From: a virus
Lineage: Duplodnaviria > Caudoviricetes
DNA length: 64,000 bases
Virus record (IMG/VR): IMGVR_UViG_3300033513_000003
Span: 7,533-71,532 of that record
Reading direction: 5' to 3' (one strand)
In this document: positions 61,606 to 64,000 of the stretch, in pieces
Layout: each line of letters starts with the position of its first letter
How positions within the stretch are numbered: the first letter of the stretch is position 1
Program-made: the position numbers and the translations under genes
The notes under the pieces: model-generated
Seen by the model: the letters and a program-made list of their open reading frames with translations, nothing else
The model's database searches: none
Told to the model about the DNA's origin: nothing

Positions 61606-64000
61606 TTAAACAATCGTCCACACAGAACCTGTTGGCACTGTGATAACTACACCACTATTTATTGTCACTGGACCAGCGGTCATCGCGTTCATATTTGTTG
61701 GAATAGTGTAACTTGCTGTGATGACGTTGCTGTTCTGGAAGAACACTTGGTCTGTACCACCACCTGTTGCACCACCACCAATACTAGACCAGTTAGCTGT
61801 AGAAGGGTAGTAACCTTCATATTGGTTCAGATCAGTGTTATAGCGAATATTGCCACCAGCTGGTGTACCTGGACGTTGTGCTGAAGTACCCGAAGACAAA
61901 ACTACAGCTCCAGTTGGACCTGCGTTCATTTGGGTTACATAGCTCCATGCTGGCAATGTACCATTCGATACAATACCCTGACCATTCAAACCAATTGCAA
62001 GCATTGCTGTAGTACCAGGAGCACTTTGGTAATGCATAGCACCTGTAGTACCACCAGTGAAGTTGTTTGCACTTGCTGCAGTACCATTCAATGTGCCATT
62101 AAATGTAGTAGCAGTGATAGCGCCAGCCGTAAAGTTACCTGCAGAGTCACGCTTAACAATTGTTGATGCAGTATTCACACTAGTTGCAGCGTTTGCTGCA
62201 AGTTCAGCAGCATGTACGTTGGCTGCAGTGGAACCACCAACAGTTGCAACAACAGTTGTACCCTGCGGACCAGTCACATCACCAGCCAAGTTACCAGTGA
62301 ATGATGCAGCAGATCCAGATGTATTACCTGTTACGTTACCGATCAAGTTTGCTGTTACAGTACCCGCAGTAAAGTTGCCAGATGCATCACGCTTAACGAT
62401 TGTTGATGCAGTATTCAGGTTAGTTGCGGCATTAGCTGCCAATTCTGCAGAGTGTATTAGTGTAGCAGTGGAACCACCAACCGATGCAACTACAGTACCG
62501 GCCTGTGTACCTGTTACGTCACCACCTAATGTGCCTGTAAAGTTTGTTGCATTACCGGATACGTTACCTGTGATGTTTGCTGTAATGTTTGTCGCGGTAA
62601 AGTTACCAGAAGCATCACGTTTAACAATGGTGCCAAACGTATTAGCATTTGTTGCAGCGTTGGCAGCAATTGTCGCTAAGTTGATATTGGATGCAGTTGA
62701 ACCGCCAACCGATGCAACAACTGTTGCACCTTGCGTACCCGTTACATCACCAGCCAACACACCTGTGAATGATGCAGCTGAACCAGATGCGTTACCTGTT
62801 AAGTTTGCTGTTATAGTACCGGCACTGAAGTTACCAGATGCGTCGCGCTTAACAACAGCAGAAGCTGTGTTTAGGTTTGTTGCTGCAAAAACCGTTGCTA
62901 GTGCTGTAGTTACTTGTGTAGATGTGTAGCCACCAACACCAGCAAATTGCAACGAGTTTGTTCCAGGATTGACGCTGATAGTTGCACCATCAACGTTGAC
63001 GTTAAGCAGTGAACCAGTTCGTGATAGAGCAGCACCTGGTGCAATAGACACAGGAGCAGAAATTTCAACCCACTGTCCTAATGCATTGTTGTATGCATAT
63101 GAGTGACCAGAGTCAATAGATATTGTACCATCAACCAACACTAACCAGTTACTTACAGGTGCTTGAAACGAGTATGCATAAGAACCTGGAGTTGCATTTG
63201 TTACTGTTGCGATATAGTGTGCAAAACCAACGAAAGAACCTGTTGGTGTTTGTAGATTTTCGAAGTTGATACCAAATCTATCGCCAATTGCAATAGGTCT
63301 ACCTAGCAAGTCATACCATGCGGTACCACCAATACCACCTGTACCACCTTGGTATTCATATAAGTGGCCTGCTGTATATGGTGCTGTAGCGCCAGCAGCA
63401 GCAATAAACGACTGCGGTATTACAGGAGTAGGTGCTACTGGTGCAGTCGTCAAGTTATCGCTAATGAGGTTATTTGCGTGAATGGCTGGTTGTGGGCTAA
63501 AGCCAAGTGAAATAGCATCAAGCTGAGCTTTATTGACAGAGTCTGTTGGGTTGATACCTTGTCCTAAACCAGTGAGGATAAAACCACCCATTGGCTGGTT
63601 AGCGGTGTATATTACCGATCCATCCTTCTTGACAACAATTACATCTGCTGCCTTTGTATTCAACTGAGTTTGTACGGATGATGCTGCATCCATATAATTC
63701 AGTGTTGTTGTAGTTACAGTTGAGTGTGTTGGAATGCCATTGCCGTCGGATATCAATGCACGGTTAGCGGCAATTGCTGGAGCTTCAACAATTACACCTG
63801 CTGTACTTTGCATTACGCGGTTATTGTTTAGTGGTGTAATAGAGCCAGTACCACCATGTATAACAGGGAGTACACCAGTTGTAATGTCGGTAGCGGCATG
63901 TGTATGTTGGTCCAATGTCACTAAACTAGACTGAACGGTAGTATCGCCACTGTTCAAAATCTTCGAAAACTGTGTTGAATCGACAACCGTCAATGTAGCC
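61606..64000 (-). CDS. Long tail fibre protein (5' partial)
   Basis: Open to the window end; four KRDASGNF repeats; G...QRP...G.IRYN...FEGY module. Confidence 0.75.
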   Translation of the reverse strand, partial: ATLTVVDSTQFSKILNSGDTTVQSSLVTLDQHTHAATDITTGVLPVIHGGTGSITPLNNNRVMQSTAGVIVEAPAIAANRALISDGNGIPTHSTVTTTTLNYMDAASSVQTQLNTKAADVIVVKKDGSVIYTANQPMGGFILTGLGQGINPTDSVNKAQLDAISLGFSPQPAIHANNLISDNLTTAPVAPTPVIPQSFIAAAGATAPYTAGHLYEYQGGTGGIGGTAWYDLLGRPIAIGDRFGINFENLQTPTGSFVGFAHYIATVTNATPGSYAYSFQAPVSNWLVLVDGTISIDSGHSYAYNNALGQWVEISAPVSIAPGAALSRTGSLLNVNVDGATISVNPGTNSLQFAGVGGYTSTQVTTALATVFAATNLNTASAVVKRDASGNFSAGTITANLTGNASGSAASFTGVLAGDVTGTQGATVVASVGGSTASNINLATIAANAATNANTFGTIVKRDASGNFTATNITANITGNVSGNATNFTGTLGGDVTGTQAGTVVASVGGSTATLIHSAELAANAATNLNTASTIVKRDASGNFTAGTVTANLIGNVTGNTSGSAASFTGNLAGDVTGPQGTTVVATVGGSTAANVHAAELAANAATSVNTASTIVKRDSAGNFTAGAITATTFNGTLNGTAASANNFTGGTTGAMHYQSAPGTTAMLAIGLNGQGIVSNGTLPAWSYVTQMNAGPTGAVVLSSGTSAQRPGTPAGGNIRYNTDLNQYEGYYPSTANWSSIGGGATGGGTDQVFFQNSNVITASYTIPTNMNAMTAGPVTINSGVVITVPTGSVWTIV
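62140..62880 (-). repeat. Four 76-80 aa internal repeats (periods 240, 228, 228 bp)
   Basis: TIVKRDASGNF motif at ~62147, 62387, 62615, 62843. Confidence 0.85.

Noticed and set aside
62057-62929. 290-aa + strand ORF with repeats
   Set aside because: Antisense shadow of the repetitive fibre gene
57085-64000. Diversity-generating retroelement acting on fibres
   Set aside because: No reverse transcriptase and no adenine-specific TR/VR pair seen in this window
1-64000. Stop-codon reassignment
   Set aside because: Core genes are full length in the standard code; the two broken genes are frameshifts, not in-frame stops

Overview
This window is part of a large T4-related (jumbo-like) tailed phage genome read in the standard genetic code, and it has three zones. 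(1) 1 to ~14.0 kb is a GC-richer early or host-takeover region. It is built from about 28 copies of a promoter/stem-loop repeat (GTTGAC-N17-TATAAT-like-N8-ATCAACTGAC-RBS), each heading a small + strand ORF. It is interrupted by six homing-endonuclease-like genes or relics and contains at least three structured non-coding RNA candidates, two of them tRNA-like. (2) ~14.1-31 kb holds accessory and auxiliary genes: an EXD2-like HNH, Roadblock-like, VWA, a prephenate dehydrogenase fragment, a stand-alone EAL domain, an Apyc1-like MBL hydrolase, QueD/FolE2 deazaguanine genes and a macrodomain. (3) ~31-64 kb is a mostly minus-strand core block: a two-piece minimal DnaE-like polymerase, fibre/baseplate-like proteins, clamp loader, a tandem GroES, UvsW, UvsY, a nucleotidyltransferase, UvsX, gp32-like SSB and a tail-fibre cluster that runs off the window end. 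T4-type late promoters ((C/T)ATAAATA) recur. All protein calls come from motif recognition by eye; no database searches or folding programs were run.
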